From the IMG/VR virus record IMGVR_UViG_3300028920_000038, positions 73,848-137,847 of that record: a stretch of 64,000 bases of DNA. The stretch is one strand, 5' to 3'. Source of the stretch: a virus. The notes beneath the pieces were generated by a model that was not told the origin of the DNA, made no database searches, and saw only the letters and a program-made list of their open reading frames with translations. Shown here piece after piece: positions 49,710-59,368 of the stretch. A program made the position numbers and the translations under genes. Each line of letters starts with the position of its first letter. Within the stretch, counting starts at the first letter, position 1.

Positions 49710-50093
49710 TTATTTTAGAAGAACTCTAACTGCTCCATTATTATCTGCATTTTCTAAAGCGACACCTACACAAACTGCAGTTCCGCCCATAGTACCATGA
49801 TCATCTACTTTACCAGTTGTGGTTGCATATAAGTCATCTCCAGAATGGATAACACCAGATGCACAACACCTTACGATATTACCAGGTCCATAGACAGCAA
49901 CTGGTTTTCCAGCAGCTGCTCTATAAGCTGCAACACCAATAACATTATCAGCATCATGCGATGCGTGAGCTACACTCATAGTACCAACAGGTGCAACCAA
50001 AGCTCCACCAGAAACTGCACTCGATGCTATAAAGCTATAAGCAAAAGTTCCTTCTTGTACAATGATATCATCACTGGGAGTTACAATAGCCAT
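49710..50093 (-). CDS. Capsid decoration/cement protein (DUF2190-like)
   Basis: FIASSAVSGGALV...IGVAAY.AAAG.PVAV...GDDLY..TTGKV...VGVALE. Confidence 0.8.
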   Translation of the reverse strand: MAIVTPSDDIIVQEGTFAYSFIASSAVSGGALVAPVGTMSVAHASHDADNVIGVAAYRAAAGKPVAVYGPGNIVRCCASGVIHSGDDLYATTTGKVDDHGTMGGTAVCVGVALENADNNGAVRVLLK

Positions 50094-50124
50094 ATTTATT
50101 TCCTCTTTTTATTTTTTACAGAAT

Positions 50125-51684
50125 TTACATAAACGCTCTAGAGGTGACAATGCCACGCTCTACGACAATAGGACTCTCTTTCTCTAGTTCCTCTTCTTCA
50201 TCTTCTGACTTATTAACCGTTTTTGGTTTCGGTTCCTCTTTCTCTTCTTCATCAGAAGACTTATTTAAGAGTTCTACCTTTTGTTCAAGAGAATTAATAG
50301 CATCATCTTTAGCTTTAAGCGAAGCTTTAAGTTCATCAATTTCCTTAGTCTTTGTTATTTCCTTCAATAGATTATCGATTGAATTCTGTAAACTTTCAAT
50401 TGCTTTACTGTCTGGATATGGATATTTAGAAGGCTCTTCTTCCTCTTCCTCGTCCTCTTCTTCATCCTCTTCCATTTTCTCCTCCTCTTCCTCTTCTTCC
50501 ATAGGTTCTTCTTCTGGCATTTCTTCTTCTTCTGGCTCTTCTTTTTGAACAGTTTGTTGTACTAGTTCTACTAGAGATTCAATTGTTTTTTCGATGTTTT
50601 CTAATCGCTCTTCAACTGATAATTCTTGCACTTCTGATTCGGTTTCTTCAGTTTCTTCTTCATCGATCTCCTCTTCAGATGTTTTTTCTTTTTGTTCTTC
50701 TATTTCTTCGTTCTCTTCTTCTTTCATAGTATCTAACTCATTTGACATACAACATACAGATTTATTCTCTTCCTTACATTTTGAAATAACTATAAAGCCT
50801 GATTTAGGATTGACAGGTTCATTGCAAACTGATACTTCGACTATATTAATTTCATCTAGGTGTTCCACGCAGGTTTTATCGTCACATTCTTCGTGTGAAA
50901 GTAATACTTCACATCCAATTGAGAATCCACTGATATTTTTATTAAGAATTTCTTCCCAAACTTCATCAGCGGTTTTAATATCTTTCCTAACTTCGGCAAC
51001 TACAAATAGTCCTTTATCATCCACATGTGTCTTGTATTTACCAAATCCCTCAAGGATTTTTCCAATTTGTACATTTTGATGGACTAACATCAAGTTCGCG
51101 TAATGTGGATCGTCAAGTAAAGTCTTTAATCCTTTTTTAAGAACTTCAGTAGATATGAATTGATTATCTTTATCTATAATAGCTACATTAGCATATCCTG
51201 CTATAATTCGTCGTTTGCTATTAGCTTTATTAATTACTCTAAGATTACCTTTTAAATTTAATTTTATATTTCTTGACATATTTATCACATCCATATTTTC
51301 TATTGGTACTAGATTTAATTCAAATATTGGAATATAACTGGTATATGATCCAGTATTATTATAATGAATATGAACATATTTTTTTATATCATCATATTCA
51401 CATCCTAATATATGCGTGAATAATCGGTAGATTCTAAAATCTACGGCTTCTTTAACTTTGTCTGAAAGATCTTCACCTCTAACTACTATATCAATATCAT
51501 TATTACTGAAACCTTCAGTTGCTACTGATCCTACAATCATTGCAAAAGGTTTTCTTAATGATATATTCTTTATATTTTTTAATATATTCTCTTTTTTAAT
51601 AAGACTAGATTTCTCTCCTCTACCTGATGGAGGAGTTGGTGCATATTCTATTTCAGCTTTTTCAGTTAATTCCTTAAGATTCAT
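50125..51684 (-). CDS. Nucleotidyltransferase-like + HK97 prohead protease + acidic scaffold fusion
   Basis: N: IVGSVATEGFSNNDIDIVV; middle: IIAGYAN..IID...MLVHQN..IG...GLFV...GFSIG...EVSVCNEPVNP; C: Glu-rich coiled coil. Confidence 0.85.
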   Translation of the reverse strand: MNLKELTEKAEIEYAPTPPSGRGEKSSLIKKENILKNIKNISLRKPFAMIVGSVATEGFSNNDIDIVVRGEDLSDKVKEAVDFRIYRLFTHILGCEYDDIKKYVHIHYNNTGSYTSYIPIFELNLVPIENMDVINMSRNIKLNLKGNLRVINKANSKRRIIAGYANVAIIDKDNQFISTEVLKKGLKTLLDDPHYANLMLVHQNVQIGKILEGFGKYKTHVDDKGLFVVAEVRKDIKTADEVWEEILNKNISGFSIGCEVLLSHEECDDKTCVEHLDEINIVEVSVCNEPVNPKSGFIVISKCKEENKSVCCMSNELDTMKEEENEEIEEQKEKTSEEEIDEEETEETESEVQELSVEERLENIEKTIESLVELVQQTVQKEEPEEEEMPEEEPMEEEEEEEKMEEDEEEDEEEEEEPSKYPYPDSKAIESLQNSIDNLLKEITKTKEIDELKASLKAKDDAINSLEQKVELLNKSSDEEEKEEPKPKTVNKSEDEEEELEKESPIVVERGIVTSRAFM

Positions 51685-51911
51685 GTGAATACACCAGATA
51701 TTAATAGTGTGATTAGTGTAACTCCTAAGGATAATACAACTGATAGACCTCCATACAGCGCTGCGTTTTTAAGTCTCATATTTGTAAGTTTATCATTTAT
51801 CATCTTGATTTCTTTCTTAACTTCCTTAATATCATCATTCATGTATTTTAATGTAGTTTTGAATTCCGAATTTAAACCTAGCTGTTTCTCGAGAAGTGTT
51901 TCATAGTCCAT
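51681..51911 (-). CDS. Small coiled-coil + C-terminal transmembrane protein (holin-like/XhlA-like)
   Basis: DDIKEVKKEIK coiled coil followed by AALYGGLSVVLSLGVTLITLLISGVFT. Confidence 0.6.
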   Translation of the reverse strand: MDYETLLEKQLGLNSEFKTTLKYMNDDIKEVKKEIKMINDKLTNMRLKNAALYGGLSVVLSLGVTLITLLISGVFT

Positions 51912-51914
51912 TAA

Positions 51915-52343
51915 CTATACCCTCACCCACATTTCAATAACAGACGATACCCCATTATATTTAAGAGGCATACATGTAACATTATACATGTAATCACTCA
52001 AAGGACTTTTAACATTACATCTAGTTACAATTTTATTATATTTTATAGATTCTTCTAATGGACAATCATGTATTAAACCACAATTTCCCTGAATTCCAGC
52101 ACATGGAGCCATTATAAATTTATCTGAATCTTGATTAATCTCTTTAAATCTTTCTCTTATAGATTGATTCAGAAATAATACCAGTTTATCTGTATTTACT
52201 ATAGCAACACATGTATCTAATGTATCAAAATATTTAGCGAATGAATGAAATAAAGGACCTCCTTCTGGGGTTTTTTTCAATTCCAATGCTAATTGTTCCA
52301 TCATTCCATCTATTTTTTTAAGTTTTTTTTCTATTTTATCCAA
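51915..52343 (-). CDS. Stand-alone PAS-domain protein
   Basis: FDTLDTCVAIVNTDKLVLFLNQS...C......C....DCP...MYNVTCMPL; TTG start behind GGTGA. Confidence 0.75.
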   Translation of the reverse strand: MDKIEKKLKKIDGMMEQLALELKKTPEGGPLFHSFAKYFDTLDTCVAIVNTDKLVLFLNQSIRERFKEINQDSDKFIMAPCAGIQGNCGLIHDCPLEESIKYNKIVTRCNVKSPLSDYMYNVTCMPLKYNGVSSVIEMWVRV

Positions 52344-52353
52344 GTACTTTCAC

Positions 52354-52536
52354 CTAAGGCTGTGTCATTGGGATCCAAGTATCACTAGTTGCATCCCATA
52401 CATATAAACAGCAAGCCAAACCAGCTGAACTAGATAATCCAGATAGACGAAATGCTGATATATTGTATATAGAATCTCCTACTGCAGTGGCTCCTGATGT
52501 ACTTGAACTATATCTAAAACTTCCTAATACGCTCAT
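52354..52536 (-). CDS. Small hypothetical virion protein
   Basis: 60 aa; Ser-rich; GAGAG-type RBS; YVWD...WIP ending. Confidence 0.5.
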   Translation of the reverse strand: MSVLGSFRYSSSTSGATAVGDSIYNISAFRLSGLSSSAGLACCLYVWDATSDTWIPMTQP

Positions 52537-52568
52537 TTACTCTCTCTTTTTTATTTGTACATATAACA

Positions 52569-53810
52569 TTATTTTAATTTACTTGAAAATAACTTTATAG
52601 AATCTTCTCGATAATCTTCTCTGCCAAATCCATCCACTTTGTCCGATGGAACTAAATAGTGATAGGATATGTCAGAATGCTGTATACTATCCATAGGTCT
52701 TGAATCTGATATAGCTTTCCAAATTTCCCATCTTGAAGTTCCTTCATTATCTTGAAGACATTTTATTATGAATTTACCATCATATATATCGGATTTACCT
52801 TCTTTTTTATACATGAATAGTTCGTGAAGATCATGACGTTGACATCCTGTTATTACTTCTCCAGACCAGATATGCATCATATAAGAATATGTGTTTTTAG
52901 TTGCTCCTATTCCACCAGGTTCTATCCAATAGGAGGATTCACCTAGGTCTAAAGACTCTGCTAATTTAGCTCCTTCTTCATCTATGGATGGAGTGTATTC
53001 AGAAGGTTGAGATGATTCTGGATCTACCTTATAGAATTTCTCAGGACTTTCATCTGGAGGTTCACCCGATGGTTTTGAAACTACTTTAGAATGCTGTACA
53101 TTCATAACTCCTCCAGCAGTTTCTCTTTTTTCTCCTTTCATCATTCGGACCATTGATTGGATATCATTTTCAGTTATTACATATTGAACTAATTTTTCTA
53201 ATCCATCATAATCTATGCGAAGATCTATATGAACAGAATTACCTAAGAATGATTCCCAGAGTTTCATTTTACCAGATTTTACTTTTTCATAATCTTCTGG
53301 ATCTATACCTCTGAGATGGATTTGAGCCCAAGCTTTACCTTTCTTTTGATCAGTATATAACATTTTCGGTAGAGGTAACTTTTCTTTAGCTAATTCATTA
53401 TAGATTTTTTTAGGAATTCTTTTTTTATTTACCCATTCTAAAACTTCATCTTTGGCTATTTCAGCTAGTTCTATGATTGAAGATATACTAATAGGATATT
53501 TATACGATAATTCTTTTAAATCTTCTTCTGTTGGTAATTCTAATTCATCTAATTTACATAGATGATAATCTCTTGAATTTGATATTATATATTTCTTCTC
53601 CGAAAGTTCTTTTTGTTTTTCTAAATATTTCTCTTCTAAATCTATATATTCTTTTCCTATTTCTTCTAATTCTTCTCGTTGTTTATGAAGCTTCTTGGAA
53701 TCCTCTTTAAAGAATTCCTTGAGCTTATCTAGCTGTTCGCTAATTATACTATATTCTTCTTTAACTTTTTCTATTCTTCTATTATATTCAGTTAATAATA
53801 TATCTTTCAT
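52569..53810 (-). CDS. Coiled coil + LigD 3'-phosphoesterase-like domain
   Basis: AQIHLRG...SVHIDLRI and IEPGGIGAT...IWSGEV...ELFM...DGKFII resemble the PE-domain Q-H/H-D-R metal site. Confidence 0.6.
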   Translation of the reverse strand: MKDILLTEYNRRIEKVKEEYSIISEQLDKLKEFFKEDSKKLHKQREELEEIGKEYIDLEEKYLEKQKELSEKKYIISNSRDYHLCKLDELELPTEEDLKELSYKYPISISSIIELAEIAKDEVLEWVNKKRIPKKIYNELAKEKLPLPKMLYTDQKKGKAWAQIHLRGIDPEDYEKVKSGKMKLWESFLGNSVHIDLRIDYDGLEKLVQYVITENDIQSMVRMMKGEKRETAGGVMNVQHSKVVSKPSGEPPDESPEKFYKVDPESSQPSEYTPSIDEEGAKLAESLDLGESSYWIEPGGIGATKNTYSYMMHIWSGEVITGCQRHDLHELFMYKKEGKSDIYDGKFIIKCLQDNEGTSRWEIWKAISDSRPMDSIQHSDISYHYLVPSDKVDGFGREDYREDSIKLFSSKLK

Positions 53811-53812
53811 AT

Positions 53813-56182
53813 TTACTCTTCATCTATTTCAAAATTCCGAAGAAACTTTTCAAGAGATTCGTCATCTAATGTAGTAATTACCATTTGCATCATTTTATTT
53901 ATTTTAGTATCTAATTTTTCGAATTCCTTTTCATTAGTTTTTTCCATAATTTCTTTAGACATATTTTTGAGTTCATCTATAGAATCGTCTATTATTTTAG
54001 TAGCTTCACTATAATTCTTGTCAGAATTTTTTATATTTTTCTTTATTAAATTTAACTTTTCTGTTAGTCTATCTATTTGTAGAATTATCTCATCTTTGGA
54101 TTCTTCTATTGTTTTGATTTCATCTTTGTGTTTTTTATTTGTAGATTTCTCTAATTTATTTATATTTTTAATTATCTTCGATACATTTTCAATTAGATCA
54201 TCTCTTTGTTTATGAGTCCAAGGAGATTTGCCTCTTGTATATACTGCATAAGATTTACCTCCACCTCCTCCATAAGCTTCTAGATTCGAAGATATCCAAG
54301 TAGTCTGTGAAGATAGCCAAGTAGTTTGTGTTGATATGTAAGATACCATATTTTGTGTGGCAGTTCCTCCAGCAGCAGACCAATTTGCATCGCCATGAGT
54401 TATAATAGACCCACTTTGGAACCAAAGATTATTTGAAGATGCCCAATTAACTATACCAGATATGTAATTAACCTGAGGTGATAAATCAGCTGCAGCGGCA
54501 GTCCAATTGTTATCTCCATGAACTATAATTGCAGCAGATGGGAATACATCAGCTACTTGAGATGAAATGTAATTTAATTGTGTTGATATGAATATACTTC
54601 CAGCACTTCCTCCACCAGTTCCTGTAGACCAATTATTATCTCCATGTACTATGATATCTCCAGAAGCAAATATATCACCAACTTGTGAAGAGACGTAATC
54701 CATTTCAGATTCCAATTCATCAAAGTCTGATGGTGTTGCAAATCCAACTGCAGTAGCCCAGTTAGTATCTCCATAAGATTCAATTCCTTTGACTTGAGAT
54801 GATATTCCAAATATTTGAGAGGATATATGATTTAATTGTGAAGAGATAAATTCACTACCAGCTGAACCTCCTCCTACTCCAGTTGTCCAATAGTTGTCTC
54901 CATGTAAGATTATAGCAGAGGATGGGAATGAATTTCCTGATATATAATCAGTATCTTTACCTAATTCAACAATATTTGAGGATATAGCAGATAATTGGGA
55001 TGATAAGAATCCAGAACCTCCAACTCCCTCCCAAGAGCCTGCTCCGTGAGAAGAAGTTAATTCTGTATCTATATCTGTTGGTATATTATTAATATTTGAA
55101 GATCTCCAATATATATCACCGTGTGTTATTATACTTCCTGAATTCCATTGTTGAGATGAAATCCAATCGATTGTATCATCTCTAGTTCCAGCAGTTAATT
55201 CTCTAGTAGCAACAGACCAAATATCTGAAGCATTATGAGTTGAAAATCCTACAGCTGTTATCCAGTTATTGTCTCCATGGTCTATAATAGCCGCAGATGG
55301 ATATATTTGAGATGATATGTAATCAGTATCTTTTCCTAATTCTACTGTGTTTGAAGATATAGCAGCAAGTTGAGATGATAGATAAGCTGAACCTCCAACT
55401 CCTTCCCAATCTCCACTTCCGTGAGAGGATGATAGAGTTGTATCTACATCTGCTGCTGAATGAGTTGAGAATCCAACTGCTGTAATCCAATTGCTATCTC
55501 CATGTGTTATTATATCTCCTGATGGAAATACTTGAGATGAAACATAGTCCATTTCCGATTCTAATTCAGCCAAATCAGCTGCAGTTGCAAAACCTACAGC
55601 AGTTGCCCAATTTGAATCTCCATGAGTTTCTATTCCATCTAATTGTGATGATATACCAATTATTTGTGATGAGATGAAATTGAGTTGAGATGAAATGAAA
55701 TCCGATCCACCACCTCCACCTGCTCCGGTTGACCAATTATTGTCACCATGAGCAATGATATCCCCACTTGGAAATACTATTCCAGATATATAAGATAAAT
55801 TATCTTGTAATTCAGATATATTAGATGATCTCCAGTAATTATCTCCATGAGTGATAATAGATGAAGATGCAAATTGTTGACTTGAAATCCATACAATGTT
55901 GTCTTCTATAGAATCGACTTTAATTAATTCTCCATCAGCTCCATAAGAATTACTAGTTACAGAATATCCAGCATCTGTAAATACTACAGTTTGTAGATAA
56001 TAATATCCTGAAGTTGATGGAATAAATTCATTATAATAATAACCACGAGCTACGTGATTTAAATCTTTTGGTGATTGGCCTATTTCCTGCGATGATATAT
56101 AAATCCATACTCTAGGATAGAGAGAGGATTCTCTCTTAGCTAACTGAAGAGTTATTGGATAAATATCGTTCACAGTAGGCAT
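53813..56182 (-). CDS. Repeat-rich virion protein (HGDxxW repeats) with C-terminal coiled coil
   Basis: About 11 II.HGD.(N/Y)W units plus aromatic-x-SSQ motifs and Gly linkers. Confidence 0.65.
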   Translation of the reverse strand: MPTVNDIYPITLQLAKRESSLYPRVWIYISSQEIGQSPKDLNHVARGYYYNEFIPSTSGYYYLQTVVFTDAGYSVTSNSYGADGELIKVDSIEDNIVWISSQQFASSSIITHGDNYWRSSNISELQDNLSYISGIVFPSGDIIAHGDNNWSTGAGGGGGSDFISSQLNFISSQIIGISSQLDGIETHGDSNWATAVGFATAADLAELESEMDYVSSQVFPSGDIITHGDSNWITAVGFSTHSAADVDTTLSSSHGSGDWEGVGGSAYLSSQLAAISSNTVELGKDTDYISSQIYPSAAIIDHGDNNWITAVGFSTHNASDIWSVATRELTAGTRDDTIDWISSQQWNSGSIITHGDIYWRSSNINNIPTDIDTELTSSHGAGSWEGVGGSGFLSSQLSAISSNIVELGKDTDYISGNSFPSSAIILHGDNYWTTGVGGGSAGSEFISSQLNHISSQIFGISSQVKGIESYGDTNWATAVGFATPSDFDELESEMDYVSSQVGDIFASGDIIVHGDNNWSTGTGGGSAGSIFISTQLNYISSQVADVFPSAAIIVHGDNNWTAAAADLSPQVNYISGIVNWASSNNLWFQSGSIITHGDANWSAAGGTATQNMVSYISTQTTWLSSQTTWISSNLEAYGGGGGKSYAVYTRGKSPWTHKQRDDLIENVSKIIKNINKLEKSTNKKHKDEIKTIEESKDEIILQIDRLTEKLNLIKKNIKNSDKNYSEATKIIDDSIDELKNMSKEIMEKTNEKEFEKLDTKINKMMQMVITTLDDESLEKFLRNFEIDEE

Positions 56183-56189
56183 ATTTCAT

Positions 56190-57173
56190 CTAATCGGAAG
56201 CTGTTTTCATTGTCCCAGTTCCAGTAGTTCTAAGTTTTCCTGCACCAGCTACAGAAAGTGCAAATATTTCTCTAAGCTTATAAGCCTTAATTTCATAAAA
56301 CCCAGCAACATGTATATAACCATCTGAAGTTCCTGCAAGAATATCGTAAAATGATCCATCTCCATCGTCCCTTTCATCAAATTCAGTTAATGTATCATTT
56401 TCAAATTCATATGCTTTTAAAGTAGTTTTTGCTGAATATATATACTTACCATCTCCTCCAACTCTATTTGAATCTGAATCTGAATCTTTTAGAGTGAAAT
56501 CATCACCATCAAATGTATATGCTAAAAGATCATCGACATTAGATGCGAATATATATCCATTCTGACAATAGACATCATAGTATGTTCCTCCTTGATCGTC
56601 ACTTCCTTCTAAAGCTAAATCACTTCCATCAAATGAATATGCTCTGATACCATCAGTACCAACAGCTGTATAAATATAAGAATCATCTCCATAGAGTGAC
56701 CAATATGTTCCTCCGTTGTCAAGTTCATCTAATAAAGTGAAATCGGATCCGTCAAAAGAATAGGCTTGAATTCCTTCTGAAATATTAGCTGCATATATAT
56801 AACCTCCATGACCCCATAACTTTACATAAGTTCCTCCATCATCTTGACTTCCTTTTAATGTAAGTTCTCCTTGTCTTCCACAGGTAAATGCTTTAATTCC
56901 TTGAGTACCAGCTGCTACATAGATATAAGTACCATCTCCCCATATATCATATCCTATAGAGTCATAACTACTCATTAATGTAAATGAAGATCCATTAAAT
57001 TTATAGACCCACAAATTACCTAAAGATCCATATATTATATATTTACCATTATACCATTGTCCTAAATATTGTTCTACACCACCTATATCTCCTATTCTTC
57101 TTCCTAGATATCTTAATTTCTTCTGCATATTTTCTATACTCCCTTTAAAATTAAATTTATAATCTTTGCTCAT
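56190..57173 (-). CDS. LVIVD-repeat beta-propeller protein
   Basis: Repeated D.WGDG.YIYVA.GT.GI.A(F/Y) blades. Confidence 0.85.
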   Translation of the reverse strand: MSKDYKFNFKGSIENMQKKLRYLGRRIGDIGGVEQYLGQWYNGKYIIYGSLGNLWVYKFNGSSFTLMSSYDSIGYDIWGDGTYIYVAAGTQGIKAFTCGRQGELTLKGSQDDGGTYVKLWGHGGYIYAANISEGIQAYSFDGSDFTLLDELDNGGTYWSLYGDDSYIYTAVGTDGIRAYSFDGSDLALEGSDDQGGTYYDVYCQNGYIFASNVDDLLAYTFDGDDFTLKDSDSDSNRVGGDGKYIYSAKTTLKAYEFENDTLTEFDERDDGDGSFYDILAGTSDGYIHVAGFYEIKAYKLREIFALSVAGAGKLRTTGTGTMKTASD

Positions 57174-57182
57174 ATATAATAC

Positions 57183-57911
57183 CTAATCAGGCAATTCTTT
57201 GGTTGATACAGAAATTTTTCCTCTATGAGTTAGTGGAATTTCTTTACCGTATATAGTAAATAGATAATCTGAAGTTTCAGATTCTAACCAAGATGGTCCA
57301 CCAAAATTAGTTATACTTCCTCCACTAGGAAAATAACTTCCTCCACCATCTTTAATATTATAATATATTCTTATATTCCCAAATTCAGGCTCTTCCCCTC
57401 CTGTTCTTGGGGTTGTAGAAAATGTAATTGCATATTTGGTATCTGACTGGAATATATTATTTTGATTATTAATATGTACTGTAGTGTAAGGGACATTAGG
57501 TCCTTCTGGAGCACCAGGAAATGACGCTTGCATTTCCATTACATCTATACATCCAGAAGCTAAAGCAGGAAATTTAGGAGTAGTTCCATCTACCTCTAAT
57601 TCATTTAAATAAATCCAAAATTTAATTCCAGGTTCAGATGCATCTGAATCATCGTATGCTCTAACTTTAACAATTTTAGGTATATGAGCCATATTCGGTC
57701 CAGTAGTTCCTATTGTAAAAGTTTGTCCATAGGTAAATACTCCTTCTATATCAGCTAATTCATTATAATCATAATTAGGATAAATCTCATCTTCATACCT
57801 TTCATATTTATTATAAGCAGTTCCTATAGATAATCTACCAGTTCCTTTGATTTTCATTAATTTGTCATCTCCTTCTAACATTCCATTAAGTTTAAAATTA
57901 CTATAAGACAT
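57183..57911 (-). CDS. Beta-sandwich virion protein
   Basis: YGQTFT...TKYAI...DYLFTIYG choice-of-anchor-like strand pattern. Confidence 0.5.
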   Translation of the reverse strand: MSYSNFKLNGMLEGDDKLMKIKGTGRLSIGTAYNKYERYEDEIYPNYDYNELADIEGVFTYGQTFTIGTTGPNMAHIPKIVKVRAYDDSDASEPGIKFWIYLNELEVDGTTPKFPALASGCIDVMEMQASFPGAPEGPNVPYTTVHINNQNNIFQSDTKYAITFSTTPRTGGEEPEFGNIRIYYNIKDGGGSYFPSGGSITNFGGPSWLESETSDYLFTIYGKEIPLTHRGKISVSTKELPD

Positions 57912-58093
57912 TACGAATCATCTTCTTCAATGAATACTAATTTAAAGTAGCTCTCATCATCAGGATCACTAATAAATAAAGCAACATCTGTCCAGACCTT
58001 ATCTCCAAAGATTTCTGGAGCTACTACTTTACATGCTGCAAAGACATTTTGTTTTGTTTCTCTTATTATTACTTCTTTTGTTCTTGTTGCCAT
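57911..58093 (-). CDS. Small hypothetical protein
   Basis: 60-aa coupled ORF with GAGG RBS. Confidence 0.5.
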   Translation of the reverse strand: MATRTKEVIIRETKQNVFAACKVVAPEIFGDKVWTDVALFISDPDDESYFKLVFIEEDDS

Positions 58094-58100
58094 ATTAACC

Positions 58101-58778
58101 TCATGTTATCATATAAAAATATTTACCATCATACATAATACCATCCATTACAGCAGCTCCTATTGCATAAGAATCAACTTGTTTTGCTGTGTCCATATCA
58201 TATTTTAGAACTTGAGAACCTAATATTCCATCAACAAGTACATATAGATATTTTCCATCGTTTGTAATATCTTGTAATTTATTTGCATATCCAGTTAATT
58301 GTACAAATGTGCTAACAAAAGACATGTCTTTTATAAGTCTTATATGAATATAATCTACTAAAGCATTTCTCCATCCTGTGTATATGTATTTACCACAGCA
58401 AGTTGTACATGCAGGAGATAGAGTATAAGATGCTATAATACTACCATTATGATCTAAATTTATTTTCCAAATACTGGGAGAGCCAATTCCAGTACCATAT
58501 ACTCCATATGTATATTTTCCATCGAAAGAACATCCATAAGCTGAAGCTAGAAATCCTCCAGCAGCTTTAATTTCTTTTAAAAAATGAACCTCCATTCCTG
58601 TACTCTCTTGTCTAAGAAGATATAATCTTAATGAAGTTCCATAATATCCTAAGAAATATCCATTACCAATATATGCAAGACTTTCTCCTTTTATGATTGT
58701 TGATGGAGTATCACTTTCAACTATATATGCAGTTCCATTTTTAAAAAGGTATTTATATAGTATTATAGCAGCTGGCAT
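58101..58778 (-). CDS. Beta-propeller-like protein
   Basis: Repeated FDGKYTY, CCGKYIY, TNDGKYLY, YDGKYFY blades. Confidence 0.65.
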   Translation of the reverse strand: MPAAIILYKYLFKNGTAYIVESDTPSTIIKGESLAYIGNGYFLGYYGTSLRLYLLRQESTGMEVHFLKEIKAAGGFLASAYGCSFDGKYTYGVYGTGIGSPSIWKINLDHNGSIIASYTLSPACTTCCGKYIYTGWRNALVDYIHIRLIKDMSFVSTFVQLTGYANKLQDITNDGKYLYVLVDGILGSQVLKYDMDTAKQVDSYAIGAAVMDGIMYDGKYFYMIT

Positions 58779-58779
58779 T

Positions 58780-59358
58780 TTAATTTCTTAGATATAAAGA
58801 AGCCGATGAAATTGAAAACCAATTAGATCCATCAGTTCCTGTGACATCTACTGTAACTCTCATTTTGTATGCACATATTGGAAATGTAGACATATCTTGA
58901 ATACCTGCAGTTCCAACTGAACCATCATCATATCTCCAATCTGATATCCATCCTGGAGTTGACAATTTTACTATTGGTCCAGATCCAGATGGACATGTTT
59001 CTACTGAGAATACAATATCAGTAGGAGTACCATTCTTATTTAAATTAAATGCAACTGAAGCTTCTCTAAAATTATAACAGTCTACCCAACAAGAAGATGA
59101 TTGACAAGTTCCTGCAGTATAAACATAGTTAATATCAGCTAATCCACTCCATTTAGCTTCTACACCAGTCATTGTTCTTCCTGATAGATCTAACCATGCA
59201 TTAACTCTATCATTTTCAGCTACTTCAGTTGGAGCTTGACTTCCAGCTGTATAAGGTTCACTATCTATAGCTTTTCCACCAATTTTAATTGGACCATCAT
59301 CATCAGCATCATCATGATCTTCTGTTCCGTATGCTTTTATCTTTCTTAAATATGTCAT
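58780..59358 (-). CDS. Hypothetical virion protein
   Basis: 192 aa; GPIKIGG.A motif then a jelly-roll-like C-terminus (FPICAYKMRVTV). Confidence 0.5.
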   Translation of the reverse strand: MTYLRKIKAYGTEDHDDADDDGPIKIGGKAIDSEPYTAGSQAPTEVAENDRVNAWLDLSGRTMTGVEAKWSGLADINYVYTAGTCQSSSCWVDCYNFREASVAFNLNKNGTPTDIVFSVETCPSGSGPIVKLSTPGWISDWRYDDGSVGTAGIQDMSTFPICAYKMRVTVDVTGTDGSNWFSISSASLYLRN

Positions 59359-59368
59359 ATTAACCTCA

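Noticed and set aside
50144-51079. Plus-strand Ser-rich ORFs (50144-50548, 50594-51079)
   Set aside because: Antisense shadows of the Glu-rich scaffold domain (GAA/GAG read as TTC/CTC/TCT)
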